Positions 36,400 through 48,930 of a DNA stretch of 64,000 nt are shown here, one piece after another. Source of the stretch: Squalus acanthias. Lineage: Eukaryota. The notes beneath the pieces were generated by a model, which ran no database searches, was not told the origin of the DNA, and saw only the letters and a program-made list of their open reading frames with translations. Location of the stretch: the NCBI GenBank assembly GCA_030390025.1, contig CM059432.1:75332001-75396000 (forward strand), in the 5' to 3' direction. How positions within the stretch are numbered: position 1 is the first letter of the stretch; each line of letters opens with the position of its first letter. Made by a program: the position numbers and the translations under genes.

Positions 36400-39300
36400 C
36401 TTCCTGTCATACTCTGGTTATCATTACCCCTATCGCTAACCTGCACTTTTGCCTTCTCATTTTTCTTTGACTTTTTAAATTTCCGCTCAGCGTATCCCTC
36501 CCCCCCCCCACTATTTAGTTTAAAGCCTCTGATCTTATTGGCATAGGGTAAATAAGATCAGAGAGATGAACAAGTGGCTCAAAGATTGGTGTGGGAGAAA
36601 TGGGCTTCGATTTCTGGGGCACTGGTACCAGTACTGGGATAAGAGGGAGCTGTTCCGTCGGGACGGGCTTCATTTGAACCAGTTTGGGACCAGTGTCCTG
36701 ACGAATCGAATAACTAGGGCTGTAGATAGGGCTTTAAACTAAATAGTGGGGGGGAGGGATACGCTGAGCGGAAATTAAAAAAGTCAAAGAAAAATGAGAA
36801 GGCAAAAGTGCAGGGTAGCGATAGGGGTAATGATAACCAGAGTGTGACAGGAAGGGACAGAGCGTATACACATAAGAGTGCATCAGAAAGAGGGGTCAGA
36901 GTAGGGAAAAATGGTAAAAAGACAAAATTAAAAGCTCTATATCTGAACGCACGCAGCATTCGTATCAAGATAGATGAGTTGACAGCACAAATAGAAATAA
37001 ATGGGTATGATCTGATAGCCATTACAGAGACGTGGTTGCAAGGTGATCAAGGCTGGAAACTGAATATTATGGGGTATTTGCCATTTCATAAGGATAGGCA
37101 GAAAGGAAAAGGAGGTGGTGTAGCTCTGTTAATAAGGGATGAGATCAGTGCAGTAATGAAAAATGATATTGGCCTAGAAGATCAAGACGAAGAATCAGTT
37201 TGGGTGGAGATAAGAAATAATAAAGGTAAGAAGTCACTGGTGGGAGTGGTCTACAGGCCCCCAAACAGAAGCCACACTATAGGACAGAGAATAAATCAAG
37301 AAATAATAGAGGCTTGTAAGAAAGGTACGGCTATAATCATGGGAGATTTTAATCTTCATATTGATTGGACAAAGTAAATTGGCAAAGGTAGACTTGAGGA
37401 AGAGTTCTTAGAGTGTATATGGGATGGTTTCTTGGAACAATATGTTGTGGAACCAACCAGGGAGAAGACTATTTTAGATCCGGTAATGTGTAACGAGGCT
37501 GGATTAATTGATGATCTCGAAGTGAAGGATCCTCTTGGGAAGAGTGATCATAGCATGGTAGAATTTCAAATTCAGTTTGAGGGTGAGAAAGCTAGGTCTC
37601 AAACTAGGTCTAGTGTCCTGAACTTAAACAAAGGTAATTACAAAGGTATGAAGGCAGACTTAGTTAAAGTGGACTGGAAAAATATATTACAGGGTAAGAC
37701 TGTAGAAAAGCAGTGGCAAACATTTAAGGAGATATTTCTTAACTCTCAACAAATGTTCTTATGTTCTTATGTAAATATATATTCCAGTGAGAAAGAAAGA
37801 CTCTAAGAGAAGGATGAACCATCCGTGGCTAACTAAGGATGTAAAGGATGGTATCAAATTGAAAACAAAAGCATACAATGTTGCGAAGAATAGTGAAAGG
37901 CCAGAGGATTGGAAAATTTTTAAAAACCAGCAAAGGATGACTAAAAAAATGATGAAGAGAGAGAAGATAGCTTATGAGAGTAAGCTGGCAAGAAATATAA
38001 AAACAGAGAGTAAGAGCTTCTACAGGTATATAAAAAGGAAGAGAGTAGCTAAAGTAAACGTTGGTCCCCTAGAGGATGAGTCTGGGGAATTAATAATGGG
38101 AAACAGGGAAATGGCGGAGACTTTGAACAAATATTTTGTATCGGTCTTCACAGTAGAAGACACTAAAAGCATCCCAATAATGGATAATCAAGGGGCTATT
38201 GGGGTGGGGGGGGGGGGGAGGAACTTTAAAAAATCACTATCACTAGAGAGAAAGTACTAGGCAAACTAATGGTACTAAAGGTGGACAAATCCCCTGGACC
38301 CGATGGCCTGCATCCTAGAGTCTTAAAAGAGGTGGCTACAGAGATAGTGGATGCATTGGTTGTAATCTATCAAAATTCCCTGGATTCTGGAGAGGTCCCA
38401 GCGGACTGGAAAACCGCAAATGTAACGCCCTTATTTAAGAAAGGAGGGAGACAGAAAGCAGGCAACTATCGACCAGTTAGCTTAACATCTGTCATTGGGA
38501 AAATGCTGGAGTCCATCATTAAGGAAGTGATAGCAGGACATTTAGATAATCATAATATAATCAAACAGAGTCAGCATGGTTTTATGAAAGGAAAATCATG
38601 TTTGACAAATTTGTTGGAGTTCTTTGAGGATGTAACGAGCAGGGTGGATAAAGGAGAACCAGTAGATGTTATGTATTTAGATTTCAAGAAGGCATTCGAT
38701 AAGGTGCCACATAAAAGGTTACTACACAAGATAAGAGCTCACGGGGTTGGGGGTAATATATTAGCATGGATAGAGGATTGGCTAACTAACAGAAAACAGA
38801 GAGTCGGGATAAATGGGTAATTTTCAGGTTGGTAAACTGTAACTAGTGGGGTGCCGCAAGGATCAGTGCTAGGGCCTCAACTATTTACAATCTATATTAA
38901 TGACTTGGATGAAGGGACTGAGTGTAATGTAGCCAAATTTGCTGATGATACAAAGAAAGGTGGGAAAGCAAATTGTGTGGAGGATGCAAAGAATCTCCAA
39001 AGGGATATAGCTAGTGTAAGTGAGTGGGCAAAAATCTGGCAGATGGAGTTTAATGTGGGAAAATGCGAGGTTATCCACTTTGGTAGGAAAAAGAAAAAAG
39101 CAAATTATTATTTAAATGGGGAGAGATTACAAAATGCTGAGGTACAGAGGGATCTGGGGGTCCTTGTACATGAATCACAAAAAGTTAGCATGCAGGTACA
39201 GCAAGTAATTAGGAAGGTAAATGGAATGTTGGCTTTTATTGCAAAGGGAATGGAGTATAAAAGTAGGGAAGTCCTGTTACAACTTTACAGGGCGTTGGTG

Positions 39301-39864
39301 AGACCACACCTGGAGTACTGCGTACAGTTTTGGTCTCCTAATTTAAGGAAGGATATACTTGCATTGGAGGCAGTTCACAGAAGGTTCACGAGGTTGATTC
39401 CAAAGATGAAGGAGTTGTCTTATGAAGAAAGGTTGAGCAGGTTGGGCCTATACTCATTGGGGTTTAGAAGAATGAGAGGGGATCTTATTGAAACATATAA
39501 GATTCTGAAGGGGCATGACAGGGTAGATGCAGAGAGGATGTTTCCCCTCGTGGGGGAGTCTAGAACTAGAGGGCATAATTTCAGAATAAGGGAAACCCTT
39601 TTAAATCGGAAATGAGGAATTTCTTCTCTCAGAGGGTCGTGAATCTTTGGAATTCTCTTTCCCAGAGAGCTGTGCAGGCTGGGTCATTGAATATATTTAA
39701 GGTGGAGATAGACAGATTTTTGAACGATAAGGGAGCCAAGGGTTATGGGGAGCGGGCAGGGAAGTGGAGTTGAGGCCAAGATCAGATCAGCCGTGATCTT
39801 ATTGAATGGCGGAGCAGGCTCGAGGGGCCAAATGACCTACTCCTGCTCCTACGTCTTATGTTCT
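36400..39864 (+). mobile_element. Long CR1 LINE (end of ORF1, whole ORF2 with stops) with inverted duplication at its 5' end
   Basis: LNARSI, ETWL, YRPP, GDFN, SDH, YRPVSLTS, PQGSVLGP, FADD; CR1 3' UTR; 36400-36527 is an inverted copy of 36730-36854. Confidence 0.95.
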
Positions 39865-39879
39865 CTACAGCCAGACTTA

Positions 39880-40725
39880 GGGCTGGATTTTATGAATGGA
39901 GACGTGTTGGAGGCGGGACTGCTGCTTGCCGTGTTTCAGTCCCGCCTCCATCAGCTTCTGGCCAACCAGTGGGATTTTCCCCTGATTGACCTTGTTAAGT
40001 CTGCCCGGCGGGCTCAGCAGGTCAATTAGGGGGAAGTCAGTGACAGAGCACATCAACGTATGACGTGTCATCTGTCAAGAATTTTTGAAAGAAGAAATGT
40101 CATAGTTTGACAGCGCTGTGAAGCTGTCAAACACTGACATTCTGTGTAGTTTGATGATTCCTTGTGTTCAGGACTCATCAAACCTTTCTACTTTGCAGAA
40201 ATCAGCTGGCTGTTGTATCGGAGGATGCAACAGCCAATCTGTGATCTCTACAATGGAGATGTCAGGGACTCCAGCTCCACAGCGGCTGAAGGCTGTAGGT
40301 AGAAACAAAGGTAAGTTAACATTTTCTAACACGTTACACCCACCTTACATACTTACCACTCCACACTTGCACCCATCACTCACCTCTACATCGCACTTTC
40401 AGACCCCTCCGACCCCCGCAGACCTCCTACTTACCTCCTACACCCCGGCGGGGTTCCCCCAGGTCGGGAAGCCCGCACTTCAGGACGAAAAATGGGGATA
40501 ATCCTATTTTCTGCTTGTTAACTACCTGTTAACGGGCAGTTAATAGGCTTTAATCCCTTCCCGCCTCTTAGGAGATGGGACCCAGGGCGGGACGGCTTCC
40601 CGCCTCCTGGCAAGAGGGCACGGAGGCGGGTTGGGGGCGGGCTTGCCACCTGCCCCCAAATTCTGCCACTTTCCCGGCAGTCCCGCCTCCATACCCGCCT
40701 CCTCGGGGCTGGTAAAATCCAGCCC
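39880..40725. mobile_element. Harbinger MITE with element-B-type TIRs
   Basis: Perfect TIR GGGCTGGATTTTA / TAAAATCCAGCCC; TSD TTA. Confidence 0.85.
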
Positions 40726-40969
40726 TTAGAGTTCCTTTGGCTGCCACGCCTGATAAATAGCATTACTGTAATTAAACCTGCCGTCTACAATGCCTTTTGA
40801 AGTGAATATTCCACACAAGTCATTGATCATGTAGAAACTTTGGACTACAATTTTATTTTTCATTATTTAATGTCTCTATCCTCCGGGTCTGATAATGCGG
40901 TCCCCATGTAGCGCTGTTGGTGCCTTATGTTCCTCAGCTCTCTCTGTGCCTGTGCCCGAATGAACTGAC

Positions 40970-41090
40970 TGTGCTCCATAATGCCTACATTACAACAGTG
41001 ACTACACTTCAAAAGTACTTCATTGGCTGCAAAGTGCTTTTGGACAACCTAAGGATGTGAGAGGTACTACATAGATACAAGTTCTTTCTT
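40970..41090 (+). mobile_element. Deu-SINE 3' fragment
   Basis: CATTACAACAGTGACTACACTTCAAAAGTACTTCATTGGCTG, matching 27785-27830. Confidence 0.7.
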
Positions 41091-41412
41091 CTTCTTATGT
41101 GAAGTCAGCTTATTTCAATATGTAAATTTTGTTGCCAGTGCATTGCTCAGAATGTGCTGGGAGAGTGGCAAGTTCATAGGGATGGGATTTCCTGCCAACA
41201 GCACATAAACAGCTGCTGACATGTCGGGATAAAAGAACCTTTCAATTGGGGGGCAGGGGCAGGGGGTGGTGGGAAGAGGACAGCAATTTTGCACAGAGAT
41301 AATGAAAATTATAGTTTCTCAGCAAATCTGAGTGACAACCAATCACTTGACATAAAAGGTCACTTACCCTACATATCACATACCCTACATATCATCAGAT
41401 ATCATCGAACCC

Positions 41413-43915
41413 AAACAACAACAACTTGTATTTATATAGCACCTTTAACATAGTCCCAAGGTGCTTCACAGGAGAATTATAAAACAAAACTTAAAATCAA
41501 GCCACATAAGGAGATATTAAGGCAGTAAAGAGTTAAGTTTTAAGGAGCGTCTTAAAGGAGGAGAGAGAGGTAGAGAGGCAGAGAGGTTTAGGGAGGGACT
41601 TCCAGAGCTTAGGGCCTTGGCAGCTGAAGGCACGGCCACCAGTGGTGCAGTGATTAAAATCAGGCATGCTCAAGAGGTCGGAATTAGAGGAGCTCAGATA
41701 TCTCAGAGAATTGTGGGGATTACAGAGATAGGGAGGGGGGAGGTATTTGAAAACAAGGGTAAGAAATTTAAAATCGAGGCGTTGCTTAACCGGGAGCCAA
41801 TGTAGCTCAGCGCGCACAGAGGTGATGGGTGAACGGGACTTGGAGCGAAGTAGGATATGGGCAGCAGAGTTTTGGATGACCTTAAGTTTACGTAGGGTAG
41901 AACATGGGAGGCCAGTCAGGAGTATGTTGGAATAGTCAAGTGTAGAGGTAACAAAGGCATGGATGAAGATTTCAGTAGCAGATGAGTTGAGGCAGGGGCA
42001 GAGACAGGCGATGTTACGGAGGTGGAAATAGACGGTCTTAATTATGCCGCGGATATGTGGTCAGAAGCTCATTTCATGGTCAAATATGACACCAAGGTTG
42101 CGAACAGTGTGGTTCAGTGTCAGACAGGTGCTCGGGAGAGGGATGGAGTTGGTGGCTAGGGAATGGAGTTTGTGGTGGGGATCGAAGATAATGACTTCGG
42201 TCTTCCCCATATTTAGTTGGATGAAATTTCTGCTCATCCAGAACTGGATGTCGGACAAGCAGTCAGACAATTTAGAGACAGTGGAGGAGTTAAGAGAAGT
42301 GGTAGTGAGGTAGAGCTGGGTGTCATCAGCATACATGTAGAAACTGACGCTGTGTTTTCGGATGATGTCGCCAAGGGGCAGCATGTAGATGAGAAATAGA
42401 AGGGGGCCAAGGACATATCCTTTGGGGACACCAGGGGGTAAAAATTCACTTGGTTGCGCCTCCCGTTAGTGCCTTAAGAGGGCGCTAATGGGGCGCAAAG
42501 CCGCTAACGCCCGGGCGCAGCGATGTTTGCGCCGCTCGAGAACTTAACTTGAGATTGTGCGGCGCCGCTAAAACTTACCGCTGCGACCACCTGCGCGCGC
42601 AGATTGTGACGTCATTCCATGGTGCAACGCCCTTGTGGCGCCCCGTAGCGGAAATTGAGTGGCGCCCCCTGCCTTACCGCCTGGCGCTTCCAACGACCAG
42701 AAGACTGGAACGCTATCAATCGCTGTGGGGCTGGGGGGGGCGCTATTTAAAGGGGGCCTCTTCCTGTCTTTTATTGTTGGTGGCATTTTTGAACTACGCA
42801 TTCTGAGAGAGAGAGGGAGAGACTTCTGGAGAGATTCAACGTTGTGTGAAGGAGTTTTGGGTACTGAGCAGCACTTTACAGGTTCATTTTGATTTGCCAT
42901 TCCTTGTATCGATTTAGCAGAGACTGTGGGAGCTGCACTCTGAGCTCTTTGCCTGGTACTCTCCATTGTTCTTTCCAGCACATTTGATGTGCAAGTTTCT
43001 CCAGGCCGAGATTCAAGGTAGCAATGAACAGGATGTGGATGGAAAGCAAGATTAACCATCCCCTTTAAGAACTGGCCCGTGCCATTGTGTGTGTGTTCCA
43101 TTGCTGACTGACATTACATGAGCTTCGCCAGCGCTCCGAGTTAGCGCCTCACTGCTCGGCCTTTGCGCCTTAAGAGAGGTGTGCAGCGCCTGCTTTAGCG
43201 CTCCACTCACCTCCCGGGGCGGTAAAAGTGAAGTTTCCTGTCAGTGCCGATAATTAGCGCCAGACGCTAATATTTGCGTCCGGACGATATTTGCGCCCCA
43301 AATGGGGCGCGACCTAATTTCTACCCCCAGAGGTAACAATGCGGGAGCGGGAAGAGAAGCCATTGCAGGTGATTCTCTGGCTACGATTAGATAGATAAGA
43401 ATGGAACCAGGCACGTGCAGTCCCACCCAGCTGGATGATGGTGGAGAGGCATTAGGGGAGGATCGAGCGGTCAACTGTGTCAAAGGTTGCAGACAGGTCG
43501 AGAAGGACGAGGAGGGATAGTTTACCTTTGTCACAGTTACATAGGATGTCATTTGTGACTTTGATAAGAGCCGTTTTGGTACTGTGGCGGAGCAGAAACC
43601 TGATTGGAGAGATTCACACATGGAGTTTCAGGAAAGATGGGCACGGATTTGGGAGGCGACAACATGTTCAAGGACTTTGGAGAGGAAAGGGAGGTGGGAG
43701 ATAGGGCTGTAGTTTGCAAGGATGGACAGGTCAAGGGTTGGTTTTTTGAGGAGAGGGGTGATGACGGCAGATATGAAGGAGAGGGGAACAGTACCTGAGG
43801 AGAGAGAACCATTAAAAATATCAGCTAACATGGGAGCCAGAAAAGTTGGGTGCTCAGCAGTTTAGTGGGAATAGGGTCAAGGGAGCAGGAAGTGGGTCTT
43901 ATGGACAAGATGAGC
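41413..43915 (-). mobile_element. L2 LINE 3' half (RT)
   Basis: YADDTQLY, VRNLGVIFD, LHWLPV, GGRAFS; (ACA)n tail. Confidence 0.92.
42435..43327 (+). mobile_element. Harbinger MITE family 2 inserted in L2
   Basis: TIR GGGGTAAAAATT / AATTTCTACCCC; TSD CAG, and removing the element rejoins the L2 RT sequence. Confidence 0.9.
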
Positions 43916-44261
43916 TCCAACATTTCATTTTTTTACTTAGTCTATTTTTGATTTTTTTCCTTCTTTCAGGGCACCTCCCCACCTTAGCCACCTACCAACT
44001 TCAATTGGGAGGATATGCCTCTGATTTGCTTCTACACTTTTGCTCATGTATCTCTTGAGCTAGCCACGCCAATGTGCCTAAGAGTGTTTTTCACTTTCTC
44101 TACTTAAAGCTTTGATGACCTCAGCTGAGGTTAGATATTCACAGTATGAGGAATTATAGGTTCAAACCAACACCTTACAATATCAATTTTGACAAAATAT
44201 TTCTTACTCAGCAAATTAAGAGAAAGAAAGACTTGCATTTATATAGTGCCTCATCATGTCA

Positions 44262-44993
44262 CAAGAACATAAGAACATAAGAATTAGGAGCAGGAATGGA
44301 CCATTCGGTCCCTCGAGCCTGCTCCGCCATTCAATAAGATCACGGCTGATCTTCAACCTCAGCTCCACCTTCCTGCCCGATCCCCATATCCCTTGATTCC
44401 CCTCAAGTCCAAAAATCTATTGATCTCTGTCTTGAATATACTCAAAAACTCAGCATCCACAGCCCTTTTGGGTAGAGAATTCCAAAGATTCACAACCCTC
44501 TGAGTGAAGAAATTCCTCCTCATCTCAGTCTTAAATGGCTGACCCCTTATCCTGAGACTATGCCCCCTATTTATAGACTCTCCAGCCAGGGGAAACAGGC
44601 TCTCAGCATCTACCCTGTCAATCCCCTTCAGTATCTTATATGTTTCAATGAGATCACCTCGCATTCTTCTAAACTTTGAAAGAGTAGGTTCTGAGAAACT
44701 ATTTCCTTTAGCGGTGGAATCCAAAACAAGAGGGCATAATCTTAAAATTAGAGCTAGTGAAATCAGGAAACACTTTTTCACACAAAAGGTAGTGGAAATC
44801 TGGAACTCCCCAAAAGGGGGTGCAGGGTCAATAAAAATTTTCAAGACTGAGATCAATAGAATTTTATTGGGTCAAGGTATCAAGGGAAATGAAACAAAGT
44901 AGGGTAAATGGAGTTGAGTTGCAGATCAGTCATGATCTAATTGAATGACAGAACAGGGTTGAGGGGCTGAATGGCCTCCTCCTGTTCCTATGT
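44262..44993. mobile_element. Two head-to-head CR1 3' fragments (- 44262-44675, + 44676-44993)
   Basis: RRMRGDLIETYKI...RNFFTQRVV on minus; RKHFFTQKVVEIWNS on plus. Confidence 0.85.
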
Positions 44994-47865
44994 TGGTCTC
45001 AGACAGCGCTCAATGAGCTGGGAAGCATGCCATTTGGACAAGGGTTAGAATCTGCATTTTACCAAATGAGCACAAAGCTTTTGCAAAATAATACAGTGGG
45101 CTTTTTTGTTCTTCTTTCTTTCTGTTGCCTCTTTGGTCTCCCCTTGTAACGCACTGTACCTTTTGCTGAAGTCAAGTGGACCAGTTTCTAGGTCACTTCA
45201 ATGCAATTCTTGATCCACCTGTCAGGAGGTGTGTAACAAAAACCCAGAGTCCCACACCCTTTCCATTTCCCTCCCTTGCATTGTTGTTCACAAATATGGC
45301 TGCTTTACATTACAGTTCAGATTGAGAACTCCTAGGTGATGCATCATGGAGGCTGACCCAATAAAAAAAGAATAATCACCCGCCAGCTGCTTGTCTTTAT
45401 TTTGGCTTTGATCCTTTTTTCTGTGAAAGCAGCCATACACCTTTTTGTGGGCTTGCTCATTTCCATGGCCTCTGTACTTTAATATCTGTTTTGTTTTTGC
45501 AGTCTGTTTCCCACTATAGACTTGTACCATCATCATGACAATTAGTCGGTAAAGTTATATATACTGGTATAAATAGAGAATTAAACTGATATCAGAGAAC
45601 AAATCCTACAGCCATTACTGCAAGGAGACGTAATACTCTAGGGATGAAAGAAGCAAATGATTTAAATAAAACAAGAAATAGAGTCAAGTCCCTGATCACA
45701 AAACCCAGCTTACTAAACCAAACAGATGGGACCCAATGAGCCAGTCATTGAGTGTCAATTGTAAAGTTCATCTAAAATCAAATACTACCTCTGTTCCTGT
45801 CAAAAGTATCAGATCTTGCTTTGCCATTAGATGGTGGCGTTCATCAAAGACTATGTGCTTCTCCACGGGGAAAGAAGGAGCGAAGAATCAAAAGTATCAG
45901 TTGCACACTTTATATCAGTTAGCTGAAGAGTGACATTGGCAAGGCCTTGGGAGCAGATCAGTGACCTTCCCTTTGGATAGGGAATAGTGCATGGTAATGG
46001 GACACCTAAAAAGGAGCAAATATATTTTAAAAAGGGGCAAAATTGATATAAAACTTGCTTTGGAATCTTTCCAGTACTAGCTAGTCAGACTGATTAACTA
46101 TAAAGATAAACGTTGTCAAAGCAATTTACCAAATTCTGCCATAGATCAACAATAAAACAAACTTCATTGTAGCCTTTATTTTAGTGAGCTCTTTACAAAG
46201 GTACCGCTTTTACTCGGATTCACATCTCCAAAATGCAATACCCATTAAAAAAAATATTGTACTAAGTTAGAACCAAAATCCAGTATCTTTGTGATTAGTT
46301 GTGCTTCATTTAGACTGAGGTGATCATTTTAGCATTTTAAAACGTAACAGTTTATAGGAATCAAAACACTTTTCCTTTCTTTACTTACACCAAGAAAGCA
46401 GTCAGGAATACTCCTGCGAAGTGATGGCTTTGTGAGAGAATTTGATAATGAAAATCACGGTGTATCACATTCATGTGAGTAAATGGAAAGATAGTTCAAG
46501 CTTTGATAGAAAATAAAATATTCTGAAGACAGATGGGATTTCGCACCATGACATCTGTCTAAGGCAGACATAGCTTTCAGATTTACCATTGTTCAAGGAG
46601 ACTTTTAACATAAAGTACTGTTTTGATATATTGAATATTCTAATGGGCCTTTCTCACTTAATGCAAATTTGGATATTCATAGTTCCGATCACTCAATTTG
46701 TTCCTCTATCATCAATCCTTGTCAATTTTGTGGCTGAATAGAAATTGTGGTCTGTTCATTTCATCCAAACAATGGAAAGTGTAACTGGAAAAGCTCAAAA
46801 CACTTGGCAGCCATTTTGAATGCTAATCTTATTTAACAACTGCAAGTTGTATTTCGGCACTAAAAAACCCTGCAAAACAAATCCATGCGTTACAGGTTTA
46901 CAGTTATTTATAGTAATCAAAACATTCTGTGATCTAATCTGTTTGTGTTTTCATGTAAGTGCAAATGTTACAGTAGAAAAACATAATACAAAACAAAAGA
47001 TTAGCATAATGCTCACCGAGGCATTTTACTCATCCAGGCCATTATACACAGGTACGGTAGCATAGTGGGTTAAATTATTGGACGAGTAATTCAGGGGCCT
47101 AGGGCTAATAATCCAGAGACGTGAGTTCAAATCCCACCATGGCAGTTGTGAATTTAAATTCAGTTAAATAAATCTGAAATAAAAAACTATGTAATGGTGA
47201 CCATGAAGCTATGGATTGTCGTAAAAACCCAACTGGTTCACTGATGTCTTTTAGGGAAGGAGATCTGCTGTCCTTACACGGTCTGGCCTAGATGTGACTC
47301 CAGACCCACAACAATGTGGTTGACTTTTAACTACCCTATGAAATGGCCTAGCAAGCCACTCAGTTGTATCAAACCACCACAAAAATTTACAACAAGAATA
47401 AAACCGGACGGACCACCCAGTATCGACCTAAGCATCGGATTCGGACATGACAAAGGTACACCCAGTTGACCCTGCAAAGCCCTCCTGACTAACAACTGAG
47501 TACTTGCGCCAAAATTGGGAGAGCTGGCACAGACTAGTCAAGCAACAGCCTGACATAGTCACAGAATCATACTGATCAGTCAATGTTCCAGACTCCTCCA
47601 TCACCATCCCTGGGCATGTCCTTTCCCACCGACAGGACAGACCCACTTGGGTCCACAAAAAGCAGGACAAATCCAATCTGGCCAATTACCACCCCATCAG
47701 CCTACTCTCAATCATCAGCAAAGTGACGGAAGGTGTCATCGACTGTGCTATCAAACGGCACTTACTCACCAACAACCTGCTCACCGATGCTCAGTTTGGA
47801 TTCCACCACATGGACAAAAGAGCTGAATTCCAGAGGTTAGGCGAGAGTGACTGCAAGGCAGCATT

Positions 47866-48930
47866 TAGAATCATAGAATGGTTACAGCACAGAAGGAGGC
47901 TATTCAGCCCATCGAGCCCGTGCCGACTCTCTGCAAGAGCAATTCAGCTCGTCCCACTCCCCCGCCCTTTTCCCTGCAAAAAATTTTCTTCAGGTACTTA
48001 TCCAATTCCCTTTTGAAAGCCATGATTAAATCTGCCTCCACCACCCTCTCAGGCAGTGCATTCCAAATCCTAACCACTCGCTGCGTAAAAAAGTTTTTCC
48101 TCATGTCGCATTTGGTTCTTCTGCCAATCACCTTAAATCTGTATCCTCTGGTTCTCGACCCTTCCACCAATAAAAAGAAAGACTTGCATTTATATAGTGC
48201 CTTTCACGACCACCGGACGTCTCAAAGCGCTTTACAGTCAATGAAGTACTTTTGGAGTGTAGTCACTGTTGTAATGTGGGAAATGCAGCAGCCACTTTGC
48301 ACACAGCAAGGTCCCACAAACAGCAATGTGATAATGACCAGATAATTTGTTTTTGTGATGTTGGTTGAGGGATAAATATTGGCCAGGACACTGGGGATAA
48401 CTCCCCTACACTTTTTTGAAATAGTGCCATGGGATCTTTTACGTCCACCTGAGAAAGCAGACGGGGCCTCGGTTTAACGTCTCATCCGAAAGACAGCACC
48501 TCCAACAGTGCAGCACTCCCTCAGCACTGCACTGGAGTGTCAGCCTAGATTTATGTGCTCAAGTCCCTGGAGTGGGACTATGAACCCACTACCTTCTGAC
48601 TCAGAGGCGAGTGTGCTACCAACTGAACCACAGCTGACACACTGACAGTGGGAACAGTTTCTCTCTATTTACTCTGTCTAGACCTCTCATGATTTTGAAC
48701 ACCTCTATCAAATCTCCTCTCAACCTTCTTTGCTCTAAGGAGAACAACCTCAGCTTCTCCAGTCTATCCACGTAACTGAAGTCCCTCATCCCTGAAACCA
48801 TTGTTGCAAATCTTTTCTGCACCCTCTGTAAGGCCTTAACATCCTTCCTAAAGTGTGGTGCCCAGAATTGGATACAATACTCCAGTTGAGACCAAACCAG
48901 TGTTTTATAAAGGTTCTTCATAACTTCATA
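47866..48930 (-). mobile_element. CR1 3' fragment nested in the LINE
   Basis: LEYCIQFWAP, RRLRGDLIEVFK, RKNFFTQRVV. Confidence 0.88.
48171..48640 (-). mobile_element. Full-length Deu-SINE (SacSINE1-like) nested in the CR1
   Basis: Minus-strand tRNA head TGGTTCAGTTGGTAGCAC, Deu domain, TATAAATGCAAGTCTTTC tail. Confidence 0.88.
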
